From Dimorphilus gyrociliatus (taxonomy: Eukaryota; Animalia; Annelida): a stretch of DNA of 64,000 bases. Location: contig CAJFCJ010000017.1 of the NCBI GenBank assembly GCA_904063045.1, positions 957,479 through 1,021,478 of the forward strand, read 5' to 3'. The first letter of the stretch is position 1. Every line of letters starts with the position of its first letter. This document shows positions 11,147 through 22,100 of the stretch, one piece after another. Below the pieces are notes generated by a model that worked only from the letters and a program-made list of their open reading frames with translations, did no database searches and was not told the origin of the DNA. The translations under genes were made by a program, and so were the position numbers.

Positions 11147-12373
11147 TTAGAATTTATTGAGTGCCTGAATTTCATCGTCTTGAATCATAAACAATGTACT
11201 TTCTGAGCCCCAATAGACAAAAGGTCTATCCCATTCACTACTACCTTCTTTATTGAACAGAAAATTGCCTGTGTTAACATCCCAAACTTTTATCGAACCG
11301 TCTACACCCGAACTGGCTAAAAATCTATCGTTAAAAGCCATATTGACAACTCTGGATTTGTTAAATGAGGATCCATAAGTAAGAAGAGGTTTTTTCAAAT
11401 TCCTCAAATCAGTTCTGAAAATATTGCCCATATAATCGGCTGACAGAAGCATGTTGTTTTGGCAATATAAGTTTGTTATGACACTAGCATGTCCACCGTG
11501 TTTAATAAGACCAGTAAATTTTATTCCAGAATTTCTTATATCGTGCATATAAATTTTACCCGGCCTGGACCCATTAAAAATTAAATTGCTGCTATCTCCC
11601 TGACCAAAGCAACAAGATAAAACGTCAGAATAGTCCGTTTGAAGGAACCACGATTTTCTATTCAATGGGTCTAATATTTCAGCCTTTCCCTGCATACCAT
11701 AACATGTTTTCTTCAAAATAGAACTCCATGCCACACACCAAACATTTTTGCAAGAGAGTAGGTATACCTGTTTTTGTCCTTCAGCAGTTACGTATACCAA
11801 TCTGTATTTTCTCCCTGAATTGTACAGCTCAAAAGGGCTTTGAATTATTATAAAGTCAGTATTATGTGCTAAACAGAAACAATGGGTTCTAAAATCTGAG
11901 AAAGATTCCCGAAGGTTTAAATCCAAGTAATCGTTTCTTTTGGCAGAATAAATATTACTTATTCCGCATGGCGTTACCGCTTCTATTAAGATGTTCTCGT
12001 CAGACCAGTCTAATCTTTCTACAGTGTGACTCTCTGGAAATGGTCTCAATTCCGTAGTTACCCTGGAGTTTTTCACTAAATTCGTTATTAATCTGCCTGT
12101 AAAGTTTAACTGCTTTGAGAACTGCCTTTGTTGGAGAATTTGAACTATATTAGAATTCGTTGAATGTAGTTTTTCTGAAATTTTCCTTGAGTTTTCACTA
12201 GCTCGAATTGAATCCTTGGTCAAAGAACTCCCTGGATTGTCATGAGATGAGAGGATTTTAAAGTAACGCTTCTTTACTTTATCATAGAAAAAACCAGGCA
12301 AATCAGATTCTTCCTCTGCTGATTTCGCTGGTTTCTTTGGTGATTTTTTACGATTACGTCGATATCGTGGCAT
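11147..12373 (-). CDS. DCAF4: DCAF4/WDR21-like WD40 protein, intronless, 408 aa
   Basis: N-terminal DLPGFFYDKVKKRYFKIL (DCAF4-family motif) followed by WD40 repeats with WDxR-like ends (HDIR, TDLR, WDVN). Confidence 0.8.
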   Translation of the reverse strand: MPRYRRNRKKSPKKPAKSAEEESDLPGFFYDKVKKRYFKILSSHDNPGSSLTKDSIRASENSRKISEKLHSTNSNIVQILQQRQFSKQLNFTGRLITNLVKNSRVTTELRPFPESHTVERLDWSDENILIEAVTPCGISNIYSAKRNDYLDLNLRESFSDFRTHCFCLAHNTDFIIIQSPFELYNSGRKYRLVYVTAEGQKQVYLLSCKNVWCVAWSSILKKTCYGMQGKAEILDPLNRKSWFLQTDYSDVLSCCFGQGDSSNLIFNGSRPGKIYMHDIRNSGIKFTGLIKHGGHASVITNLYCQNNMLLSADYMGNIFRTDLRNLKKPLLTYGSSFNKSRVVNMAFNDRFLASSGVDGSIKVWDVNTGNFLFNKEGSSEWDRPFVYWGSESTLFMIQDDEIQALNKF

Positions 12374-13168
12374 TTGACTTGCTAACTTCTGATTCCTTTG
12401 GTATTCTTTAACATAATTTGATGAAAATATTGGACTAACTAAGTAATTTTTACTAAACTATTATCGTATAGAACCGATTACAAAAATGGACACTGCAAAA
12501 TGAAAAAGTAGACTGGTATTCGATATTTCTCGACCAATCACCGTTGCTCTGAAACTATTTTTGTTTGGGTTAACCTAAAGATAATCTACTAATTATTACT
12601 AGATCTCTATGGTTTTAGATAACATCTTAATTATTCTTATAATTAAAAAGTATATTACTTAATTTATTGTAAGCACTTTTAAATTTTAAATAATTTAATC
12701 TTATTTGTTACTTTAATCTGACAAAAAACTTATTGCTTGGAATCCAATTTCGAATATTTTTAAATAAATTATTCTGAAATGCAATACTTTTCGTATTAGA
12801 ATTGTTTCGATTAACTTTTGGAGAGGTAAGTCTGTTTTTAAAGTTCGTTCCGTTATTTCTCTTTTATGGTATTTAGCATAGCCTTTCCAATTGAGGAATA
12901 TATCTACTTTTTAATATTTTCAATTTCATCTTAAAATAGGCTAAAAAATGTATACAAAAAATAAATTAAAAAGCCGCTATATATTTATGACTCTATATTT
13001 TGTTAGAACCGTTGCAAAATCTTATTTTGATCTTATAATAGAGATCAAATTGAGGGGAGAGACTTTGGGGTAGAAAAATATAAGCTATCGCTTTACCAGT
13101 TTTCGTAGCCAATATTTTCCTTCAACGTGAATTAAAAAGTTATTACACTGGTAATCTTTCCGATTTAA

Positions 13169-14299
13169 ATGGCTACAGAAAGGAGCTTACTTCATGTAAT
13201 AAAATCAGTTGTTTATTTCTTGACTTTATAATATAATAAAATAATTGACACCAGTTTTCAATTTGTATATCGTTCTAAATATTAATATATATGCTTTTCA
13301 TTCAATTATCGCACCATTCGATATTAATAAACGTTGTGTTTTTTTTAATTTCAGATCCTCTGTATTCATGGATATAGGTTACCTTCAATATATAGTTTTA
13401 AGATCAACAGTAAAAGTAATTGATTACTATTGATAACAGACAAAATGGACAAACATTTAGGGAAAGAACAGGAGCTTTTAGAAAACTTGTTAAGTCGCAT
13501 GCAAAATTTGGTAATTTACTTTTTTCCAATAAATTGGTTTTATATATGATTTGAATTGTTTTTAGTTTTCATAACCGCTCCCAACGTTGTTCCTCCTTTA
13601 CCTTCCGATACCAAAAATGATCAAGATCAAAGGGGATGGTGGTTTTCTCGTCAAGATGACTATTTTAACGCACAGGATGATTCGCACTGCGATAAAGGCT
13701 ATGAAAACTCTTTGCAAATAATTAAGGAGACTTGTAAAACAGAGGTAATGATACTTTACCATATCGAAAATGGCAGACTATTTCGAAATAAAAATATTCG
13801 TTTAATAAATTTAGGGGCCTTTCGATGGTATACTTGGATTTAGTCAAGGAGCGTCTATGGTTTCTTTGATTTTGTCTTTACAAACTCTACAAAAAGGTTG
13901 TTGTAAAAAAGAAAAATAATCACTTAACCGATATTCTTTTTAACGTAAATACCAGAACCGTCCTTTCAATTTAAATTTGCCATCTTGGTCGCTGGCTTTA
14001 AAAGCAAATCCGTTCAACATGCATCTCTTTACGAAACGAAAATAGATATTCCTACTTTACATGTTTTTGGTGAAAATGATAAAGTAATTGAGAGTGGTAA
14101 ATAAAAATATTTTAAATTTGAATATAGTTATTCTAATTATTATAACTCTTACGTTTATTATTCAGCCATGAGTGAAGAATTATTAAAGGATTATTCAAAT
14201 GCAAAAACTTTGAAACACAGCGGCGGCCATTACATACCAGCCACTACAGATCAGAAAAGCGTCTACTTGGAATTTTTGCAATCTCGAATAGTAGCTTAA
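13169..14299 (+). CDS. OVCA2: OVCA2/FSH1 serine hydrolase
   Basis: Spliced product MATERSLLH|ILCIHGYR|QNGQTFRERTGAFRK..RGWWFS..GPFDGILGFSQGA..PTLHVFGENDKVI..HSGGHYIP; stop 14297-14299. Catalytic Ser (GFSQG), Asp and His motifs are intact. Confidence 0.93.
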
Positions 14300-14838
14300 A
14301 TAGTAGGTTAAAGTATTCAAATATACTATATGTAATAAAATGAAAGACAAAAATTGTAAATTCGTTAAATTTCAAAATCGATAGATATCGATTTTTTTTA
14401 TTTAAAATCCTCAAAACGCTTAACATATATAAAATAGTATTTTCGCATATTATCGTTAGATAATATACATATTATTAAGCATACATCAAAAAAAATAATT
14501 TATCCACCAGCACCGCGTGCAGCTTATATAAAAAACTTTTATCAAAGACTCAAGCACCAAAAAATTGTCTAAATAAAGTAGATAGATAGATAATCCAAAA
14601 GCTGTCAAAGTTAAATATTGTCGATATCTTAATCGACCCTTAAAATGGTCAAAACAGCTTAACATGAATATATATGCATATATAAAAAAATAGTTTATGA
14701 TTTTTTTTTGCAAAGTTTGTAGAAATACAAAGTTTTGCTTGCATAATAAAGTTAGCAGCATTGCATGCAGATATTTAAAAACAGTTCATCATAAACTAAC
14801 TCAAAGAACACTAAACCATGATTTTTAACATTAATATC

Positions 14839-17800
14839 TTAATAATTAGAAAACTTCGCCACTAACCTTGAACTTGGACTTGTATAAAGTTGGTACTGTT
14901 CCGAAAAGGAACTTTCAAATCCACTTTCTTCAGAATCTTTTATCTCGGATTCAGGTGATGTACTTTCAGATGTCAAATTATCTATATCAGGCAAATAAGA
15001 TGCTGCCATATCTAAGCTGGTTGGTTTCTTTTTAGTTGCCTTCTCAAAAGTTTTCTCTTCGTAGTTCTCTCTTCTGCAGAATGCTTGTGTCAGCGATATC
15101 GTTCTCTTCTGTCCCCTTCCTCGAACATGTACAACAACAACATGAGGTACGGCGTCCAGCAATGCCAACAAGTTCGATCTACCATATGTTGCGGGAACAA
15201 GTACAACACCAAAGTGACTGGAATAAGCTTCCTCTAAATTAGCAGCCGACATTCTACCGCCGGCTTGTAAAAGTAAAGTTCGGACATCTCTGGCAAACAA
15301 TTGTAAAGGTTGTAGTCTAACTATATTATCAGTTATAGTTACTTTATCTTCTAAATGTCGTCTAATTTCTACTTCAGATATTGAATCCGGTTTATAGATT
15401 TTATGGTAAAGGTTAATTAGCGTGTTGATTTCCATACAACCATCAAAAGTTGTATCCATTAATAATAAAAGTAATCTGTTAACTAGTCTGGCAACGTCGG
15501 CAGCATCAACGGCCACAATCGTTTTTTGATCATTTTTTGTTACGACTCTTGCAATTCCCGGTATAAGGGAAATCAATTGTTCAGTATCTCTTACCCCATA
15601 ATCTTCTAACCTTATGGAATGCCCATGCTGTCTGAGGAAAGCATTGGGCAATTGCTGCAGTGCTAATGTTGGGGTAGCCCTTAAAACAACGGCCAATTGT
15701 TCTTCAAGTACTTTTATCATTTGTTCCTTGGCAAGAACAACCGTTTTATCACCATGTTCATCGTCCGACACGTGAGCAACGTGGCTCACTGCCTCTAAAA
15801 GTTCAATAAGTTTCGTAAATCCATAATCTGAGACCCTACATTGCCTTCCAAAGTGATGATGATAAGCTGGAATAAATTTTGAGAATGGTAAACGACCTCT
15901 TGGACTATGACGAAGGAGTTCGATCACTTCTTTTGTAAAATGTCGAGTTCGCTCCATTTCTGCTGGAGTTTGCTGACGTCTGGGAAGTGAAAAAATTGTT
16001 CCTGTTTCATCTCGCATTATCAGTATAGCTTGATCCGGTACATCTGCCATGATATCTTCTAGAACACAAACACCATAGTCGCAAGGCTCCAAAGGTTTAC
16101 CCATAACTTTCACAAAAGTATCCTGAAGCTCGCACATTCTTGCTTGTTTGCCAGGGAGACTCTTAAGAACTTTGGTAACATCCCCCGTGAATCTCTTTAC
16201 ATGAGCTCTATGAGTGAGAGTTACTACTCTTCTGGATCCAGCTCCTAAAACTTGTACAACATGACCAACTGCATCTAATAACTCTATTAATTTTGTATAA
16301 CCATAATCAGCAACTCTACACTGCCGTCCAAAATGATGATGATAGGCAGGAATAAACTTCGAAAACGGAAGAGAACACTTTGGGGAGTGCTTCAAAAGAT
16401 CTGCAACTTCTCTCGCAAACTGACCTAGTTGTTGAGTCATGAGGGGACTAGAAGATCCTCTTGGAACGTCTTCTCCTTGCCATTCCACTTTCTTAACACC
16501 AGATGGTGATGATATAACTATTCTTACGCCAGATACGCAGGTTATGAGGTGCTCCAGGGGAACACCCCCGTTTTCAACAGCTTCTAACGGTTCAAAAGTC
16601 GCTGCATAGCAGGTTGCCAGAGAAAGCATGGGCAAAGAACCACCATGTTCTGCGACCAGAGTATGAATTCTTGGTGCGAGTATTCTTAACGACATGAGAA
16701 CGTTAGGGAGAGAGCATGAATCTAGAGCTGTTGCGTAGTCTGACGAATTTTCTGGACAATGCTTAGCGCATACTAAATCATCTATTTGAGATATATCAGT
16801 TGAAGTACTTTGGTTCATCTGGACTGTTTGAGAAATAGAAATCATCCTTCCACCACTATTTTCCCATACTTCTACAGTATCTCTAAGTTTGTACAATTCA
16901 GCAACGGATACAGATCTATGATGTCTTTGCTCGAACAATTCAATAAACTTGAACAGTGGTAAGGTATTACCGGCAACATCCTTCAATAAGCGGATTATAT
17001 CACTTTTAAGTGTATCGGTCATCGTGTTGAGGTTTTCATTTTGGACTAATTGAACGTGAACCCTCTTGTAGCCGATTTTTCTCCTATGCAATTGTGAAAT
17101 TGCATACCTAGCATTTTCTTCCGTAGGTACTCTTACAATTCCAATATTAGTATTGTCGGGTTGAGTAGCAATTTCTACGCTCAGTACTGTGACGTGTTGC
17201 TGAAATTCGGCGCAAAGTATTTTTCTCCACTCTCTCGCCGATATATTATAGTCTAAATTCGTCACATGTAATTCAAAGGATGGCTGCTGAGACGAAGATT
17301 GTTGAGATAGCGACAACGACGACTGCGACTGCGGTGTCGATTGCTGCTGCGGTTGTAGCTGCTGAGGTGGCGTATGTTGTTGTGGTGTAGATTGATGTTG
17401 AGGGTGACAGTGACCAATACCAGAAACTGTTGAATATTTTCCGAAATATATATATATATATATATGTATTCGTAGTTGGTAATAATTTCATCCATAAACA
17501 TTCAGTTGAAGAGACGTAAACCAATTAAATTTAAGTCATATAAATTTAATAAAATTGCTTAGCCTATCATTTTTTCAAAGTGAAATAATTGACTTTCATT
17601 ATAGAATAAAAACACTTAACCTTTTAAATATAAATTTAAATATAATTTATCCATATAACTTTTCATGTTTTAAATATTTCTATATAATCGTTTTTGATAT
17701 AAAATACGAGAAAGTATTTGTCTTCTGATTAAACACGCCGTTTTGGTTGAGGACTATTAAAAATAGACGGGGCGAAAGGAGAGAAGTTTCGGTGGGTGGT

Positions 17801-18515
17801 TGGAAAAAAAAAAACCACTTTCTTCAAAATTCATTGAATTATTGAAAGATTTTTTAAAGAGGTTAATATAAAATTATATAATATTTAATAAAAATATTAC
17901 ATAATATATTCAAATTAATATGGATATTTAATAATTTTTTGTTATAAAATTTTAAGTCAATTTACCAAATAAAAACTTGTACATTTTCGTTTCTCTTGAC
18001 CTAAATTGAATATTTAGTACTCATCCACACGCGTACTTGAACGCAAATAATCAGTCAAAAAACTGAGCCATTTCTATTTCTATTGGGGGGAAAAGTGATT
18101 TTGTCGGAGAGTATTTTTTATGACTACCCCTCCGCCCCGCCTACCACTCTATTACCCAGTTAGGGTTTATACCATCTTCTTTCCTAACTATTCAAATATA
18201 TTGAATATTATTTAATACATTACCATTTGACGCTAAATCAGCAACTGACAGCAATGAGCTACCCGAACCCTCGATGTTCTTACATACTGGAAATTCAAAA
18301 ACAGTGTTTCCGGACGGAGGAGTGCTAGAAAGGACTCTAGTCGGAGGCCGACAAGCTCCCGGTGTTCTGCGAAAATGCTGCCTCGGCGAGTAAATTCGAG
18401 ATCTTTGCGGAGTTGTCTTCCAGTCTCGTCCCGGAGAAGTGAAGTTTTCCCGCTCGAAACTGTCGGGAGAGTCGTAAATTCTCCCCGGCAAACTTAATGT
18501 AATTTGTGGTTCCAT
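14839..18515 (-). CDS. MARF1: MARF1/limkain-b1-like protein: one RRM plus about 8 LOTUS (OST-HTH) domains, no NYN domain visible
   Basis: Exon 18515-18224 joins in phase 1 to a large exon 17426-14839. RRM: LHVTNLDY..HRRKIGYKRVHV. LOTUS repeats include PFSKFIPAYHHHFGRQCRV.DYG.TKLIELL twice, characteristic of MARF1. Confidence 0.88.
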
Positions 18516-18534
18516 ATCCGAGACTAGAGACGGA

Positions 18535-18610
18535 GATAGAGAGAGAGATAGAGAGAGATTGAGAGAAGAGTAGATAAAGAAAACAAACGCACACACATAT
18601 ATTTATATAT

Positions 18611-18655
<45 letters not shown>

Positions 18656-18889
18656 TATATTATATATCGAGAACGGCGAGAGGAAGAGAAAGAAAGGTAG
18701 GTAGAGAAAGGCAGGTAGAGAAACAGTAATAGATAGATATAGAGGTAAGGAAGGAGGCGATAGGAAGAGAAATATGAAAAAAAAAAAAAAACAAAACAAA
18801 ATTAGCTATATATAGAATGGCATAAAATTTAATTAGGCATTAATAGAAAAAACTAAGATGTATAGATAGATAGATAGATAGATAGATAG
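18535..18889. repeat. Microsatellite cluster: (GA)n, (AT)n and (GATA)n
   Basis: GA-rich run at about 18535-18568, (AT)16 at 18621-18652, (GATA)n at about 18862-18889. Confidence 0.9.
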
Positions 18890-19657
18890 AAAGAGGATAT
18901 TTAATTGAAAAAATACCATTTTACCAATCCGTTTTGTAATTTTTAAGAAAATTAAGAAACAGTAATAGAAATATAATCTTTTAAAAAGGCTTACTAGGAA
19001 TTCACTTTTTACACTGTTCCCATCGGCGGATCATGCGGGTTTGACTAAGTCTTTTTCAATTTATCTGCTGAATAGAAACTCATTTTGAGTAAAATTAACA
19101 ATGTAAACAGCTCAATATGATTTTGAGGACAGAAATCGAAATTTTTTGCCTAATTGGCTTAAAAGTTAGCTTTTGAAACAAATAAGATATTTGGTTGATA
19201 AAAACATATATAAATTTATATATATATAAAAGAAGAACTAGTACATGTGGAATAAATCGAAAAACAGCGTATACTATATACACCCTCACCTACAGATATA
19301 TATATATACATATATACGGTATATATACCATACACATAAACTACATATTTTGGTCAATTTTAAGTTTGTTGATCGAAAATATTAATAAATTCTTTTAATC
19401 ATAAAGCATCAAATTTGATATCTTTAATTCTTTAATATAATTGAAAAAGTTAAAAAAAAAATGTATTTTTAGATAAAAATTTTTCAGTACTGGAAAATTT
19501 TGCACACAAAATTAGATAAAATATTTATTTTAGGTCTATTTATTGTGATTTATGTGAATTTGCAGCTGTTAAAAGACTTAGTCATTTTTTTTGCCTTTAT
19601 AAAGAGCGTTATATTTATGAATTTAATAAGTTTACTAAGAGAACTAAAAGAAAGCAA

Positions 19658-20787
19658 ATGTCTAAAGTCAAGTATATTTTTGTATTAATTTCTTGCATTT
19701 TTGCAACAGTTCAAGGTAAAAGACTTTCCTTTATATGTTTTTTAATTATGTTTTATTAATATTATTTAATGTTCCTTTCATTTCTTCTCTCATAGCCCAA
19801 AACTGCTCAGAAGGTTTTGATCGATTTGAAGACTCTTGCTATTACTTTGTACGTTCGCAATTGGGATGGTATGATGCTGATCAATACTGTACTTCTCTTC
19901 GACCAAAAACCTACACTGTTCATCTAGCTTCGATTGAAAGTCAAAATGAACAGAATTGGATTGCCGACAAGATTAGGGCAGACAGTAATCTTAGAGATAG
20001 AAGTGTATGGATTGGTTTGAACAATGCCGATAAAAAGGAAGGTTGGCTCTGGACTAGGACTTACCAAACTCCAGACTATAAAAATTGGGGTTCAGGACAA
20101 CCAGTATCTAGCGGAAGATGCTCGAGAATGCATTACCAACATAGTTATAGATGGCATAATACAGCTTGTTCTGGAAGATATTCTTCAGTATGTGAATATA
20201 GTTTAACAGCACCATGTCCCAAAGGCTTTGATAGATACCAAAACTCGTGTTATAAAGTCATCCCAACCACCCTTGATTGGTTTGAAGCTGAGCAATTCTG
20301 TACTTACGCTGTTCCCGACAAATATAATGTACACTTAGCTAGTATTGAATCTTCAGGAGAACAACAATTTATAGTTGAAAGAATTAGAGCAGATTCCGGT
20401 AAATACTCTGTAAAATATTATTGTGTCAACATATAAAATTCATCTTTTTCCTATAGCTAATAGAAATAGAGATTTTTGGGTAGGTGGTAACAGAATCGAT
20501 TCTAAGAAAAACTGGGCTTGGGTAGCAAATAATAAGAGATTCTCGTACACAAATTGGAATTCCGGAGAACCATCCGGATCCGGCCAATGCATGTGGTTAG
20601 ACACTGATTACAGTTACAGGTGAACCACTAATCTTGTTTCAAAATTAACTACTTTTTTACCAAAAAGTATTTGCAATTAATATTGTCTAATACTTTATTT
20701 CTTTATCTTTTTAGATGGAATGATAAAGACTGTAACAGCAACGGCAGTGGTTTCGTTTGTGAAGTTGAATTAGCAGATCTTAATTAA
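19658..20787 (+). CDS. Secreted C-type lectin with two tandem CRDs (perlucin-like)
   Basis: Signal-peptide exon MSKVKYIFVLISCIFATVQ (19658-19715) spliced to AQNCSEG. Two CTLDs with CYYF/CYKV, HLASIES, WIG/WVG, W..GQP/W..GEP and WHN/WND motifs; stop 20785-20787. Confidence 0.9.
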
Positions 20788-21299
20788 TAAATAAACGTTT
20801 TAAAAGTAATGGTTATACATTAAAAAGCTAAAAATATAAATCGATATTTGTATTGTTTAAAAACAAAAAAAAAGTGTCTACAATAGGTTTCAAAGAGCTG
20901 ATTCAAAATAAGAAATAAATTTGTCTCAATATAGGAAAGAATCGGAATTTATATGACAAATAGATATGACAATTTTTTGCTTATCATACAATTTACATTA
21001 TCAGACATATACATTGATTAACATATGTCTATTTTTAAGGTTAATTCTTGCCAACAAAGCATATTTTTTTCAAATTTTTTAAATAATAATTGTCCTTTTT
21101 AAATATTTTTAGAATATCATTTATTATAGAGCCTAGTTGTTATTTTAGAACGATCTATTTACATTCGGTTCATTCATTAATGCAGATCCACTTGCACAGT
21201 AATTTAAGATGGAATGAAAGCAAAAATTCTTAGCTAAAGTATAATCTTGCCTATATTTCGTGAGTTTCATGTCAATATCTTGAAGGAGTATAACTTGTT

Positions 21300-21775
21300 T
21301 TAGCAACAAGCGCCCATACGGTATGGAGATATTATCGTAAGCATTCCCTTCGCAAAAAAAACGAAGGCTGACTTAACATTTGATAAACTGATGTGTATAT
21401 ACATTTTGGATAAAAACTATATACAACCCTGAACCAGATTATTTTATCTGTTTGGAAAACTAAGGGAGATAATTCGGTTAACCCATTTCAAAGTTAAAAA
21501 CGAATTGCAGAGGACAGTTGAGCCATTTTTTAGGGCAAACTCAATAGTTTTTTCTGATAAAATAGGCCTACTGTCACCTAAGTGGCCCACTTGTATAGAC
21601 AATCATGGAGCTTATGAAGTCAGGTCGCTCTTTCTTAGAAATTTGATATTATTACCAACAAATTTAATATTATTATCAACATACAATAACTGTATAGTTA
21701 TTGTCCAGGTGATATTAGTTAGTGGATCGCAAATAAATAATAACCTTGATAGCCGGTAATTATTAAGAAAGGTTT
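21300..21775 (-). pseudogene. Possible decayed ORF relic of uncertain origin
   Basis: About 158 codons in one minus-strand frame with only 4 internal stops, in AT-rich DNA where roughly 12 would be expected; no start or splice model. Confidence 0.2.
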
Positions 21776-22100
21776 ATTAAAACGTGTCATTCTTTCGAAT
21801 GCATCAGAATCCATTCGTAGCGAATCTGAATTTATTTCTTGATGGACAAAAGTAGTCTTGCACTATAATTGTTTCAATTGATTTATCAATATTTGGATAA
21901 AGAATCCACAGCGATGTTTTTATATCAGTCTTGATGGGTAAAGAAAGCAGTGAAGTTTACAATATGAAAATAGAAAGAGTATAAAACGATGATGTATAAT
22001 CTATTAGCATAGAAAGCATTGTATTTGTAATGTATATATCCAAATACGTATTTTTATTCACGTTGACTAAAATATTATAGCAATAAATTCCCTAAAAAGT

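Noticed and set aside
17262-17524. Short ORFs rich in T/A or Y/I repeats near MARF1
   Set aside because: Alternative frames of the Gln/Ser-rich MARF1 exon and an (AT)n run.
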